DNA from: Eledone cirrhosa
Lineage: Eukaryota
Direction of reading: 5' to 3'
Length of the DNA: 64,000 nucleotides
Assembly (NCBI GenBank): GCA_964016885.1
Contig: OZ024741.1
Coordinates: 154,318,001-154,382,000, forward strand
Shown here: positions 31,881 through 46,503 of the stretch, in pieces
Position numbering within the stretch: position 1 is the stretch's first letter
How the letters are laid out: the number at the start of each line of letters is the position of its first letter
Notes under the pieces: model-generated
What the model saw: the letters and a program-made list of their open reading frames with translations, nothing else
Databases searched by the model: none
Told to the model about the DNA's origin: nothing
Program-made: the position numbers and the translations under genes

Positions 31881-32892
31881 TTAAGTTGTTCAGAAATGAA
31901 TGCAGGTTTTTTTATTTGCTTCAGCATGTCTTTAAGAATAAAAAACTTATGCAAGGTATGTAAAATTATGTATCATTTTAAAGCTTATTTTATGCTTTCT
32001 TTCTTTCTATGTAATTAATTTTAAATATAAATTCCATGTTTTGTTTTTTGGGGGTTTTGTTTTTTGTCAATTATCATATCTTTTAAGACATCAAAAGTGG
32101 ATTTTCATCAAATTGATTTCTGAGTTGGAAACATTTTTTAATATTTGAACCGAATTGGAAAGTCGAAGCAGTTTGAAAAATAAATACCACACAAATGAAA
32201 ACTAGAAACATCTCTTATGAAATCTGTTTTTTGCTTCTTTTGCACAACAAAAATGATCCATTTCTTGACTGCATTGTGATGTACAATGAAAAGTAGATCC
32301 TATACAATAACCAATGACATTCAGCAGAATGGTTGGACTGAGATGGAGTTCTGAAACACTTACCATAACCAAAAGAAAGTTATGGTGAGCGTTTGATGGT
32401 CCACAGCTGGATAAATCTACTACAGCTTTATGAATCCCAGTGAAACAATCATAGCAGATATCTATTGTCATGAAATCAATGAAATACATAAAAATTGCAG
32501 CATGTGTGTCCAGCATTGGTCAATGGAAAAGGTCCAATCCTCTTGTATGACAAGGCTTGACCATACATTGCACAGTCAAAGCTCCAGAGATTCAATAAAT
32601 TAGACTACAAAACTGCCTCATCCAAATATACTCAATGGATTTTTCACTAACTGTCTACCCTTTTTTCAAGCATTTTGACAACTTCTTGTAAAGAAAAGTC
32701 TTCAACAACCAAATAAACGTTAAAAATGCCTTCAAAGAATTTATCACCTTTAGAACTTCAGGATTCTATGTTATCAGGATAAATAAAGCGGTATCTTGTA
32801 GATTCTAATGGTTATCATTTCAATAAAGTTTATTCTGGACTGAGATATCTCATTTTACAATTAAAGACCTGAATTCATTTTTGAACAACTAA
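31881..32892 (+). mobile_element. Degenerate Tc1/mariner element
   Basis: TIRs TTAAGTTGTTCAGAAATGAATGCAGG / CCTGAATTCATTTTTGAACAACTAA; transposase relic ETIIADIYC...GPILLYDKA..LPHP..FFKHFDNFL..AFKEFI. Confidence 0.85.
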
Positions 32893-35309
32893 TGTCTGTG
32901 TGCATCTGTGTCTATGCCTTGTTACTTAGTGGTTTGACAAAAGCAATTGATAAAATAAGCACCAGACTTCAGAAAAATAAATACTGGGGTTGATATGATT
33001 GACTAAAATCCCTTCAATTTGGTGCCCTAGCATGGCCAAAGTCTAATAAATCAACGAAAGAATAAAAATCTAATCCTATTAATAAGTCATTTTGGTTATG
33101 TAATTTGAGTATCGGGCTATTCCTATATAATTACTGGCATTCATGTCTATTATAGAATTGAAAATGAAAAAAATTAAACTTCCAACTTTATGTAGGTTTA
33201 GCTAGCCTCATATGAGGGTGTATCTCAGAGGTTTGTTTCTCAGGTGTTTTATCATGTTGTTGCAGCTCACACCTATATAGGTTTAGCTGACCTCCTTTGA
33301 TGCTGTGTGAGGTTTCTTGAGTGTTTTAATGATAGGGATCTCAGTTCTATTCTGTTGATACAGCTCACACCTATGCACAGTAATATTATAATACACTACA
33401 GTTGTGATGTAATGGTGTGCAGGAGTGAATTGCTATTACATTTCAGTGGTGATGGTGTGCGGGAGAGATAGTTGCTATTTGTGTAAACTCTATTATTGAT
33501 ACCAGGTCAGTTACTGTATTAAAGCAGTGGAATGAGTAACTTGACAGTCCTTTGAATAATATATACTACTATCACCACTGCTACTGTATTATTTACAACT
33601 GCCACAGCTACTATATTAACCACTATCAACAACCCCACCAGTAAGATAAAAGGCCGTTGCCGTTCTTTGCGAGAGGAGGTAGTGGGGTGAGGGGACAGTA
33701 GGGGTTAACTACACAGTCACACCTCTATATACAGTCACAATATATAGATATATGGTGGCTGCATAAATATATACAAACCTTTATACAATCACGCTATACT
33801 ACACTATATACACACGCCTTAAATCACTATATACACCAACACACTATATATACACGCCCCAAACCTCAGACAAATCGAATCCCTAATTTGTTCATCCAAA
33901 CACACATGAAGCCACTGCTGACACGTGTGTTTACTACTAGTAGTAGAACTACCACCAACACTACAATCAATAAATCTCACATTGCTACTACTACTACTAC
34001 CACCACCACTACACATATTAAACCTAATACTACTACTACTCAAACCCCACATTACAACTACTACCATCACCACTACACACATCAATCACACTACTACTAC
34101 CACCACCACCACCACACTCAATAAACCTCACATTACTACTACTACAACTAAACATTTTAAGCCTCAATTGCTTCCCTACTCCCTAAAACTGCTGCTATAC
34201 AGCCATTAAACCATTGTTCCTTAAGGATTAAAAGGAATGGAGTATCTTTTTTTTACCTTGTTTTGTGATTTTTCTTCATATAAATTTTCATCGATTATAT
34301 TAACCACCACTACACCTCATAATTATGAAAAGACAAAGTTAATTTTAAAATATATCGTTAATCCCCTTCCTCAATTTTTTTTAACCCTATGAATTTTCTA
34401 ACACTATCAATAATTTTCAATTCATTTTGAAAATAATGAAGAATTTCCAAAGGTTTTAGTAATATATCTAACTCACCCATTATTAAGCTGTTTAGAATAT
34501 AACTTAAATGTTTTTTAAATAAATATGAACTTTAAAATTAACAGCCGTGTATCGTAGAACCAGAAGAGTTTGGTATCAAGAAGGTTAAAAGAAAAACGGG
34601 TCTTAAACCTTTTTTTTTTTTTTTATCAAAATTGCCTCGTTTATATATATAACACCCCGCCTCAAAAACAAATAAGCGTTAATTCTCTTTAGAAGAGGCA
34701 AAAAACATCTTAAATAAACGGATTTATTTAAATGAGATAAAGGGGAGCTTGTAAAAAAATGGTTTGTTTGTATCTATGAACTGCTCAAACGAAAACATTG
34801 TTACAGTGGGTTTTGGTATCAAAAAGGTTAACATTTGATACCAAACTGCTTGAAACCGCCTCTGATTCTATGATATTAAGCTGTTTATTTTTAAGTGTCC
34901 ATATTTATTTTAAAACCTACCATTATAATTTCATATTCCAAACTGTTATTCCAAACATTAGCTTAATTATGAGAAAAAATGTTATCCTTCCGAATTCTTT
35001 ATTATTTTCAAAATTATTTAAAAAATCATAGACAGTAACATACATTATAAATATGATAGTGAATGGGTTAAAGTGTTTATATTTATGAGAACCTTTGTTA
35101 AGTTATGCTCCAAATAAGTTATTTTCAAAATTATTTGAAAACGATAAAAGTATGAAACAAAATATGTGACTAAATATTCTGAATAACGATGATTTCTATG
35201 ATAGCTGAAGCATTGATCGTAAGAAAAATTGAAGTATTTCAGCTCTGACTACACCATCTGTCTGTCTGTCCCCTTTCTTTATATGTAAATATTTCTGGCA
35301 TTCCTACAG

Positions 35310-35346
35310 TAACGGCAGCAGATCAGGGGACAACGAGGAGGAAAAA
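35310..35346 (+). CDS. Candidate 37-nt coding exon (SNGSRSGDNEEEK if spliced to 28810)
   Basis: TTCCTACAG acceptor; AAA|GTAAGA donor; purine-rich; phase-compatible with the 28765 exon. Confidence 0.5.
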
Positions 35347-35577
35347 GTAAGAATAGCTCGTCGCAACACCTACACGTAATAAATTATGTATGCCATTGTA
35401 CCTATATGTATGTACGAAAGCATCACTATATTAAATACCTGCGCCTGAGACTACATATACATGCACACTGACGCGTGTGTGTATATTATGTATGCCAATG
35501 TATGTATGTGCGTATGTAACACATGTTTATAATAGATATATGTACCTGTATCTACATATAGATGTGTGCGCGCGTGT

Positions 35578-35715
35578 GTATGGCGTATTGGCAGAATTGT
35601 TAGAAAGGCGGACGTTCCGGCTCTCTGTATTTCTAGTTCAAATCCTATCAAAGTCAACTTTGCCTTTCATCCTTTCGAGATTGATATAAAGAAAGTACAA
35701 GTCCAGTACTGATGT
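35578..35715 (+). mobile_element. Nin-domain-type SINE (degenerate)
   Basis: TGGCAGAATTG...AGTTCAAATCC...CTTTGCCTTTCATCCTTTCG. Confidence 0.75.
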
Positions 35716-35951
35716 TAATTCTTCTACATCTCTCTGTTTCCTCTATGATAAATCGGCTGTGTTCAGATCTGGAGAGGAGATGGTTGCCGCCAGGTTTAGT
35801 GTCCAAGACACGCTGTATGTCACTTCAGCGTCCCTATGATTTCATTAGGAGTTACAAGTTGATACACACACACGCTACCTATGAGTGAAATAAGTGTTTA
35901 TAATGAATATGTGCACCTGTTTACACATACATCTAAAGAGCGACACACACA

Positions 35952-36456
<505 letters not shown>

Positions 36457-37269
36457 TATACATATATACACACACACACTCACATGGAATCGTTCTGAAT
36501 TGGTGCAACCTCTTCTCTTGTCAGTGCATTACACCAATTTCTGCTGGTTCAAACCACAACAGAGGCAATAAATCCCACAAAAAGGGAGCAATCAACAGAA
36601 AACAATAACAAAAATAATATTAATACAAAAAATATAATACAACTCATATTGCACACACCATACACAGAATAAACACTAAAATAACACAACTGACATTACA
36701 CATCAGAATACACACTAGAATAACACAACTCACATTACACATACCACACAACAGAACAAACACTAAAATAACACCAGAAACAATAAGCTAAACCTCATAA
36801 GGAAACAAGACAACCCTAACAGGAGGAGACTATACTCCCTCAACTTCACACAAAATGAGAACTTGTGGGTGTATTAATAGTGGTGAATTGTTTAGTGAGG
36901 ACAGAAGCAATGTAGGGGTGTGTTAGTGGTGAGTGATTTGGTGAGTACTCATGTAAATCACAACATATAACATATATACTATCTGCGTATACAGGGCTAA
37001 CACTAGCCATGTTAATGCTGAACATGGTACTGGGGTGACTGACACTGCCATGTGCGAGAACACCTTGATTGTCATCAAGCAATTACACAGTCACTTTTCT
37101 ATTCATGTACAGAAAGATACTTGCAACAGATCAACCAACCACCACATCTCAGGGCTGCCACTCTTCATGGTAGATCTGGAGGAATTGTGGAGATATTTGA
37201 GAGTAGATGAGTAGATGAGTGCTGTGTCCAAGAAGTGAGAAGGAGGGGAGCCTCAGTCAGACTCCTCAC

Positions 37270-39215
37270 AGGCAAACAAGATTGATATAAGCTTTTTGGA
37301 TAGGAAATAATTGTTTCTACTTTAGGCACAAGGCCATCAATTACCCCAGTGCATTACTGGTACTTTATTTTATCGACCCCGTAAGGATGAAAGGTAAAAT
37401 TAACCTCGGCAGGATTTGAACTGAGAACGTAAGGGGCCGTAACTCTACGCCGCAAAGCATGTTGTTCGATGCTCTACCGATGCTGCCAATCCACTACTCT
37501 GGATAGGAAATAATGGTGGGTCAAGTGGACTATACTAGATGAGAAGTGGATAGATAAGATAATTAAGGTGTTTAAAGTAAGTGACAGAATTATCAAGTTC
37601 AGAATGGTTATCTCTACTTATGTACCACAATCAGGACTAAGTAAAGAACAAAAAGACCTCAACAACAGATGGCAGTGACATCATTCTGGCTTCTGACTTC
37701 AATGGACATGTTAGCCAACACCAAGATGGCTACTTTGAAGTACATGGTGGCTATCAATATGGTTTGAGAAATAAAGAGGGATCAAGGTTCCTAGAATTCA
37801 GTGATTTGAAAGCCATAACAATTTGCAAAACTAACTTCAGGAAACCAGCCAAGCACTTGGCCATCTACCAATCAGGTGAACATGCTAGTCAAATTGACCA
37901 ATTGAAAATGAGATAGACATTTCGTTATGAATGCACCCCACCCCCAACATATGTTAGTTATCTGAATAAGAGTTAGATGGCATCAGAAATGCAGGATACA
38001 CTGTAGGAGGGCATGAAAGCTAAAAGAACTCTCTATTAAATACAGGTTCAGAAAAGCTCTATGCAATGCATATAAAAGGGAGTAGATCTAAACACATGTA
38101 GCAGACAATTGGAAGTTTTTACTGGATAGTCTCAGCTACTGACAAGACATGAAGCAAAGTACCAGCTTGATGAAAAGTGACCTGGTCGTGGAACAGTACT
38201 GTGGACAAATCCATTAAAGCCAAAAGTCAGGTATGGAAAGACTAAAAAAATAAGGACAGCAAGGAACAATATTAAATAACTAAAAGAAAAGCTAGAGATG
38301 ACAGTTTTACATAACACATAAAAAAGCTAAAACAGGTTTCCCAACGTTGTGCGATGTGAGAACCAGAAGTGCGAAATATTTCACATAGCAAAGCAGTGTG
38401 CCAGTGTGAACCAGGATGTTGTTAAGGAAAGTGTGTTCGAAATGACTTCAGTATGCTTAGCTTCATTGATACTCAGAAGAAAAAGGCTTGGAAATGTTAT
38501 GATGAGAGGTTGATGAATTTGGAGAACGAGTAGAAGGAAGAGCACTACCCCTAGTTGACTTAACAGAGAGGCCAGTTGTTGAAGTTGACAGTTACAGGGT
38601 CAAACAATCAGGGAAATGAAACATAAAAAAATAACTGGACTGTCACAGATAGACAGATATGCTGAAATCATTTGGTGAAGTAGGAGTTGAGAAAGTCACC
38701 TGTATGGTCAATCAGAACTGGTGGACCACATGATGAAAGTGATGGAAAGAGTAATAGCACAACTAATTATGGAAAGAGTCAATTTAGATCAAATGAAATT
38801 TGGCTTTGTACCAGGATGGGGAACCAAAGAAGCTCTTTTCCTAGTGAGACAGTTGCAAGAGAAGTTCCTAGTCAACTGTAAGCTACTATATCTAAAAGCA
38901 ATGAAAGGTCTAGTTATCCAAAGGCGTGTCCAGGTGGAGGTTCACATAGAGTCAGGGTAAATCCAGTTCCATAGTGAAGATCTAACTTTTGTTGATCTGC
39001 AGAATGCCTCTGACGAAGATCCACAATCTGTTATCTGGTGGTTTTAAGGATTGGAGTTAGTTGAGTGGCTTGTGAAAGCAATGCAAGCCATGAATACAGA
39101 TGTAGCCAGCAAAGTGAGACTAGGTAATGAGTTTTGTGATGAATTTTATGTGCAGGTAGGTGTTCATCAATGCTCAGTCATCAGTCCCTCTTGTTTATTA
39201 CAGTTCTCGAAACCA
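37270..39215 (+). mobile_element. Old, heavily mutated RTE LINE (EN to RT motif 4), with a nested SINE
   Basis: EKWIDK..VSDRII, DFNGHV, NFRKP, ORFs 38721-38960 (QMKFGFVPG) and 39051-39293. Confidence 0.8.
37306..37500 (-). mobile_element. Nin-domain-type SINE with 15-bp TSD
   Basis: TSD TGGATAGGAAATAAT (37297-37311 and 37500-37514). Confidence 0.88.
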
Positions 39216-39539
39216 TATATATATATTGGAGTAGATGAAAGCTTCATGGGGTGCAGCAAAGGCAGGAGGGTAGTTACTCTGAATAAAATATGACTGCATT
39301 GAGCATATATGGGTTCCATAAGCTGTAGAGAAGGCAACCTAACAAAGAGATCAGTAATTCTGAAGAAAATCTGATACAGGGTAGAAAGGACTTAACTCTG
39401 TTCAGACAAGTTCCCAAGAGCTGGTGGCATGATAAAATGCACCCAGTTCACACTGTAAAATAGTTGATGCTAGCAAAGATATCCAGCCCAAAAAACCCTA
39501 CTAAAAATTATGGAAAGTACATTTAACATTCACTATATA

Positions 39540-41595
39540 TATCATCATTATCATTACATCTGTTTTTCCATGCTTGCATGGGTTGGGCGGGTCCTTCTCA
39601 GCATGGCATCTCTCCACTCGTCGCATTTTATCATCTCCTCTGTGAGTCTCAGTGATTTGAGGTTAACTCTCACAACCTCTGCCCAGGTCTTTCTTGGTCT
39701 ACTACTATGGCTTCCTTCCACTATTATTTCCTGGCACTTCTTCACCCAATGATCATTGTCCATGCACATCACATGTCTATACCAACACAGTCTTCTCTCC
39801 AACACACCACCTCGGATTCCTCTGAAACCTGGCCTCTCCCTCAACTTGTCCAGACTTTCATTGCACATCCAATGAAACATGGTTTCTTCATTTCTCTCCA
39901 GTCTATTCATGTCCTCCACAATCACAGCCCATGTTTCACTACCATGCATCATAGCACTTCGCACACAGTTGTCCTTTTGTACATAATGAGAAACCTTTTT
40001 TGATCAACAGTGGGAGTAGCTCTCTAAACTTTTTCTATCCTATCCTTATTCTAGTTATTATGCTCTCAGAACACCTTCCTCCATTGCTAATTAAATTGCT
40101 TTGATAGCAGAAGCCATTGGTCTTTCCTGTGACTGAAATAGGCTTACATCACTGGCTCTCTTCACCTCAGTTACCTCTGTGCATCTTCCACATACAAAGT
40201 TTTCACTTCCTATTAGTCTACCCGTTATCCCACAACAATATGTAGAAAAGAAGTAGGCATAAACTCCATACAATGTAAATCTTGGGTACACAAAAGATGT
40301 AGTGGGATAATAAGTAGACTAACAGGAAGCGAGATCTTTGCATGTAGAAGATGCACAGGAGAAATTGAAAGGAAGAGTGTTAATGATATAAACCTTTTTC
40401 CAGTCACAGGAAGGATCCATAGATGTGGTTGATAGCTTCTGCTATCTAGGTGACCTAATTAGCAGTGGGGGAGGGTGCGCTGAGAGTATAATACCTAGAA
40501 AAATGATAGGATGGAAGAAGTCAAGAACGCTACTCCAATTGTTGACAACAAAAGGTTTCTCCCTGCGTACAAAAAGAAGGCAGTATGATGCCTGTGTGCG
40601 GTATGCGATGCTGCATGGTAGTGAAACATGGGCTGTGATTGCAGAGGATATGCATAAACAGGAGAGAAGTGAAGCAATCATGCTTCATTGGATGTGCAAT
40701 GTAAATGTGAGAAAGGCAGGGCTTGGACAAGCTGAGGGAGAAGCTGGGTTTAAAGGGAATTCAAGATGGTATGCAGGAGAAAAGACTGCATTGATATGAA
40801 CATGTGATGCACATGGACAATGACTGATGAGTGAAGAAATGCCAGGAAATCCCAGTGGAAGGAAGCTGCACTTGAGGACAACTAAGAAAGACCTGGGCAG
40901 AAGTTGTGAGAGCTGACCTCAAATCATTAAGACTGGCAGAGGAGACGACAAAGGAACGCAACAAATGTAGAGAAGCTGAGAAGGATCCGTCCAACACAAG
41001 CATGAAAAAGCAGATGTAAAAACGATAATGATGATCTCCTGTGTACCCAAGATTTACATTGTGTACATTGGATGGAGTTTATGCCTACTCCCTTTCTACA
41101 TATTGAGCAGGGCCACTTCCCTGAAGGAATCAAGGTCCTATCTTCGCTCCTACTCACTAGCACTTTAGTTTTGGCTAAGTTTACTTTCAGACCTTTTGAT
41201 TCCAAATTCTGTTTCCATAGTTGGAACTTATTTTCTAGTTCTTTAATGGATTTGGCTATAAAGACTAAATCATCTGCATAGAGAAGTTCCCATGGGCAGT
41301 TGGTCTGCTATAGCCTGGAGACCTATAATGAATAGTAGTGGACTAAAAACTGAACCCTAATGAACACTTACTTGTACCTTGTACTCACTTTCTACTCCCA
41401 CTTTGCTGACAGCTCCTCTGTACATGACTTGCACTGCTCTCACCAATCATTCTTCTATACCTAATTTCCTTAAGGACCACCAGATAATAGATTGGTGTAC
41501 TCTGTCAAAGGCCTTTTCTAGATCAACAAAAGCTAAGTATAGTCGCTTATTTTTGGCGAGGAATGGCTCTTGCAGTAATCTCACTAAAAAGGACA
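39540..41595. mobile_element. Mosaic of RTE fragments in alternating orientation (- 39540-40230, + 40235-41035, - 41035-41595)
   Basis: ORFs 39554-39964, 40425-40799, 40927-41205 and 41447-41848 carry RTE motifs. Confidence 0.8.
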
Positions 41596-43751
41596 TCTGT
41601 AGTATATACAAGTATATATATGTTAGTCCATGGGTTAGATGGGTTGTCACATTATGAGTCAGGTCAGGTGGCCACATCTTTTTCATATGGATCTGTATTT
41701 TGGCTTGGTTTCTATGGTGGAATGTCCTTCCTAACACCAACCACATTTCAGTGTTGGCTGGGTGCTTTTTCGTGGTGTCACCAGCACGACCACCTCCCAG
41801 GGTTGACTGGGTAATTGTTTTTTTGTTTTTTTTTCGTGTCACTATCATATATAAATATATATATCTTCGTTGTACTGTGTTGTTTGCTTTGTTGTTCCCG
41901 TTTACTTTTTACACATATATAAGTTCTGTCAATATTTTTCTTGTCATATTTCATAGTATTTAAATATATCTGTATATATGTGCATGTGTATTTACGCTTA
42001 TGTCTGTGTCCATGTTCCGTAACTTAGCGGTTTGACAAAAAGAGATTGATCAATAAAATAGTATTGGAGTCGATATGATCAACTTAAATCCCTTCATGTA
42101 GGTGTCTCAACTTGGTCCTACTCAAATGGCTGAAATTAGCAAAATAATAAAAACAAGGCTGTTTTCCAATGACATAAAGCGTGTAGGAGGGAGAGGGACA
42201 TGTAAAATCGATAATATCATAAAAGGGAGTATATAGTTAAAATATAAGGCTGACATGAAGTTGTTGCTATGGAAACAGTAATGTATTACTGATTTCTTGT
42301 ATATGTACCGAAAACTGTGAGTTGGGATTCATTGCAATAATTTCTGATTGAAATGGAGTGTACCTCGATTTCAACAATGAGTGTTCGATCAACAGAGCAG
42401 CCTACATGTGTGGCTGGGCATTTTACAGGCAAGTGTTTCATCTAATTCCCAGGAAACCTTGACTCATATTGTGCCATGCTGAATCTCTCTGAGACTTACG
42501 TTAATACTCAGCCACTTACACTACAAGATGTACTGTATCAGTAATTGCTAGTCTTGTCTCACATTGTGTCGGGCTGAATCTCCGAGAAATACGTTAAAGG
42601 TGCACATGTCTGTAGAATGCTCAGCCACTTACACTATAAGATATACGGTACCTGCGATTTAATAGTGTTGCCTTGTTAGGCCTACACACTGTGTTATGCT
42701 GAACCTCCCTGAAGACTAAGCTAAAGGTACACGTGTAGCTGCTGACAAGAGCAAGCATCGTGATGATGTAATGTGTCTAACTATCCAGATTGACTTCAAT
42801 AATAAATAATTTTGGTTGGGAAAATAGTTGGAAGATTTACAGACGGATAAACATACAAACAGAAGACTGATAGACAGAAGGACAAACAGACCGACTGATA
42901 GATATAGAGACAGTCCAACAGATAAACAAACAGATCGATATAGAGACAGACAGAACGACAGATATATATACATACAGATCAATATAGAGACAGACATATG
43001 AGCAGGCAAATAGACAGGTAGACATACATACATACGGACAGGCAGACAGACAGACATAGCTTTTGAAATTTAATTAGCCTATTAAGGCTTACTCGAGTTA
43101 CGTTGTCAAGTAAAGTAGGAAGTCACAGATACACTTAAAATAATGGGTTCTTACATAATAAGCATAAGGTTTCGCTCGAATTAATAAAGGACAGGGGTAA
43201 TGTGATTTGTAGACATTCATGCTTTTGAAAATAATGGCTTCTTATAAGACTTCGTTCGGATTAATACAAAACAGGGCTAGTGTGATTCGGTGATTTTCAT
43301 GCCCTTCCTGAAGCGGCATATAAGCTACATAAATGAAGTTGGATATATATATCTTTAATAAAGGTTTGAAATTACATCACATCACAAAGTTGTGACTGTG
43401 AGAACTAATTCACTGTGTGTATAACATATTACCACAGAAAATGTTCAGATAAGGCACACGAACATATATGTAGTTAATATATGGTATTACATATGAGAAA
43501 CTGCGATATGATGACTGTTAGGAATGACATTCACAGAAATGATGAAGTGAAATGGCTATAATAAGAAAGACAAAATTGGATCATAGATTCCATAGTAGTG
43601 GATGAAGACAACTAACTACAAACCAATCAATTAAACTGATCACTGATCGATTTAGAGAAGCTAGAAATAACACAACACCACGTTTATTTATTTACAATCC
43701 GGTCACGGTACAAGAATGTTGACAGCAATGTGTGTGTGTGTGAATCTGTGC

Positions 43752-43799
<48 letters not shown>

Positions 43800-44153
43800 A
43801 ATAATTGGGTAAATTGTGTCTATTTTTTCTTCCCACTTATAATTATATATAGCTCTGATTAATTGATTATTTAATTCTTTCGGGGCTATGAGGAAAAATT
43901 AAGTAAATTTTGTCTGCTTATTCTTCACACACACACACAATATATATATATATATATATATAAAAGGGAGAGTGACAAACATTTCAGCTGAAAGGAGGCT
44001 ATTAATATGTATGTATTTGGGTGTTTGTACGCCCCACCCACCCCACACATATACATACATACATGTGTCTGTGTGTTTATTTATATATATATATATAATG
44101 ATCACATAATTTACAGGGGATAACGAGAGTCTATGGCTCCGTTAATTTATCTT

Positions 44154-44197
<44 letters not shown>

Positions 44198-44496
44198 GAA
44201 ACGAAATATATATTAAGGGTTTTAGGTAAATTTGATGTAGATATAACTATCGTTTTGGAATTAGAAGGATTCTAATTAATAAACACGTTAAATATATCTA
44301 CCTTACAATCTTCAATTATAGGCTATGAGCTAACACACACACATAGGACACACCCATTGCACTAAGGGAGCATGCCTGTGGGGGACGACGTGAATGATAA
44401 ATATAAAACTCTGGTATTGCGTTTGATTCATCATTATATAAACTACACATTGCTCAATACATCGGCTTTATTTTTAGCATCGATCCGTAATATGTA

Positions 44497-44605
44497 ATAA
44501 TTGTTTCTACGTTAAGCACAAGGCCAGCAATTATCCAGTGCATTACTGGTACTTTATTTTATCGACCACGTAAGGATGAACGGCAAAGTTAACCTCGGCG
44601 GGATC
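44497..44605 (-). mobile_element. 5'-truncated Nin-domain-type SINE
   Basis: Same core sequence as 19303-19493. Confidence 0.8.
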
Positions 44606-46304
44606 TTCAACCGGCGCCCTTGTGGCTAATAAATCATTATTGTATATTTTTTATTATTGTGTGATTTATAATAACTTTATTTCATGCTTTATCAAATTAA
44701 TCTGTTTATTGTTTAACGCCCGTGTCCCTGCCGTTGTTTTTATATAATTTTGTCCAGCCTCAAATGCATTGTAACCCTAATGTTTATATTCTATATGCAA
44801 GCCATTGTGGCTAACAAAAACATTATTATTAGTGGTCGTAGAGGTGAAAGCACAACGAAATATTTATTTAAAATGAATTATTGTCAGCATCATCTGTGCT
44901 ATGTTCCTTCAGAAAAAAAGGAAGCGGTTGAAGGGTGGGTCCCTTGTTTATATAGGGTAAATAATGGAGTGTGATGGTATGAGCGAGATGGTCAAAACGA
45001 AGAAAATAACAAAACAAAAAACCTACACTTATGACAATTATGGCAAGTAATATAGACACAAGTACTACTACCAACTTTATATATATACACACACACACAC
45101 TTCGTTTTTGTATTTAATTTGTATTAATTGGCAACGTAACCCTCCTAAAGTACAATATACATTATATATACAAGCAGGCTTATGGTTTAACCTTAAAATA
45201 TTAAGGAATATAATTAGAAAAGGGGACCTGGTGGATGAATGAAACGTTTTGTTTTGGGGTCTATATAGGGTTATAAGTTGGGTGTGAAACAGAAAATAAC
45301 AACAAAAACTCTCTTATTAATGACAATTATACAAGATCATATAGAAACATATTTACTAAAAATTGTTGTACTTCAGGAGGGTCATCTTGCCAATTAAGAC
45401 AACTTAAATGCAAAAATAGTATATATAAATGCAAAAACAGTATATATATATATAGAGAGAGAGAGAGGGGAGGTGAAAGTGTGTATGTTTGTTTGCATTT
45501 ATAAGTATATATATATAAACACAAACTAGGAGTATTGTAAAACTTAAATAATATAATTAGAAAGAAAAGAAAGAATAAGCTTACTTGATTTAAATATATT
45601 ACTCTGTGTTTTTCCTCCTTCTTGGTAATTATATATATATATATTTTGATTTGTAGTGTCACAACATGCCCCCGTTTAATATAAAGCACCGATAGATGAT
45701 AGACCAGGCGACTACGGATAATTCCTCCTGTGCAATATCTCTCTCACTCACTGCTGGGTTACACTCAACTCGTACAGTCACTCTCAATCTCTCTCTCGCA
45801 CACACATAAACTTTTGTTTGTTTGTTGTTTTTACTTCCGCTTTACTCACTGACACCTTATACATACGTCACCATTTATTGCTTTCTTTGCTGTCTACGTC
45901 ATAAACTATTGCATAAAATCTCTTTAGGTTTTTTTTACCAATTTTTTTTCCTCTTTGGATTCTCAAAAATTCGGTTCCACCCTCTCCTCGCCTTTCTCTT
46001 TTCATTTACGTATGACACTACCTGAGGCAAGTGTCTTCTACTATAGCATCCTTTTGGGTAAAAATTGGTAGGCGGGAATTGGAGAATACCGTCGTAAATA
46101 AATATTGAAAATATAGTCGCCACAATGCAGATAGGTATATTATTATAGTTATTTGCATTGTGACGACTATATTTTCAAATTTCCCAATATCCCGTAAGTC
46201 AACAACATACAATTAGGTCTTTCTGTTTATGTCCCGTAACTTATCTGTTTTACACACAAAAAAATAGATCAATAAAATATGTACTCGACTTTTTAAAAAA
46301 ATTA

Positions 46305-46503
46305 AAATTGTTTCTAGCATAGGCTAAGGCCAGTAATTTGGGGGAGGAGAAAGTCAATTCAAGTACTTGAATGATACTTTATTTTTATCAACCGTAGGAG
46401 GATGAAAGGCAAAGCTGATCTGGGTGGGATTTGAACTCACAATGTTGAGAACCGGATCAAATATTGTTAAGCATTTCTCCGACGCTCTAATGGTTCTGCC
46501 GAT
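46305..46503 (-). mobile_element. Nin-domain-type SINE (divergent)
   Basis: GGATGAAAGGCAAAG...GGATTTGAACTC. Confidence 0.75.

Noticed and set aside
35310-35346. Alternative frame TAADQG resembling a cadherin A.D.G motif
   Set aside because: Too short, and phase-incompatible with the upstream candidate exon
43850-44480. TGATNNAT homeodomain-like sites suggesting an enhancer
   Set aside because: Expected by chance in AT-rich DNA; no comparative data
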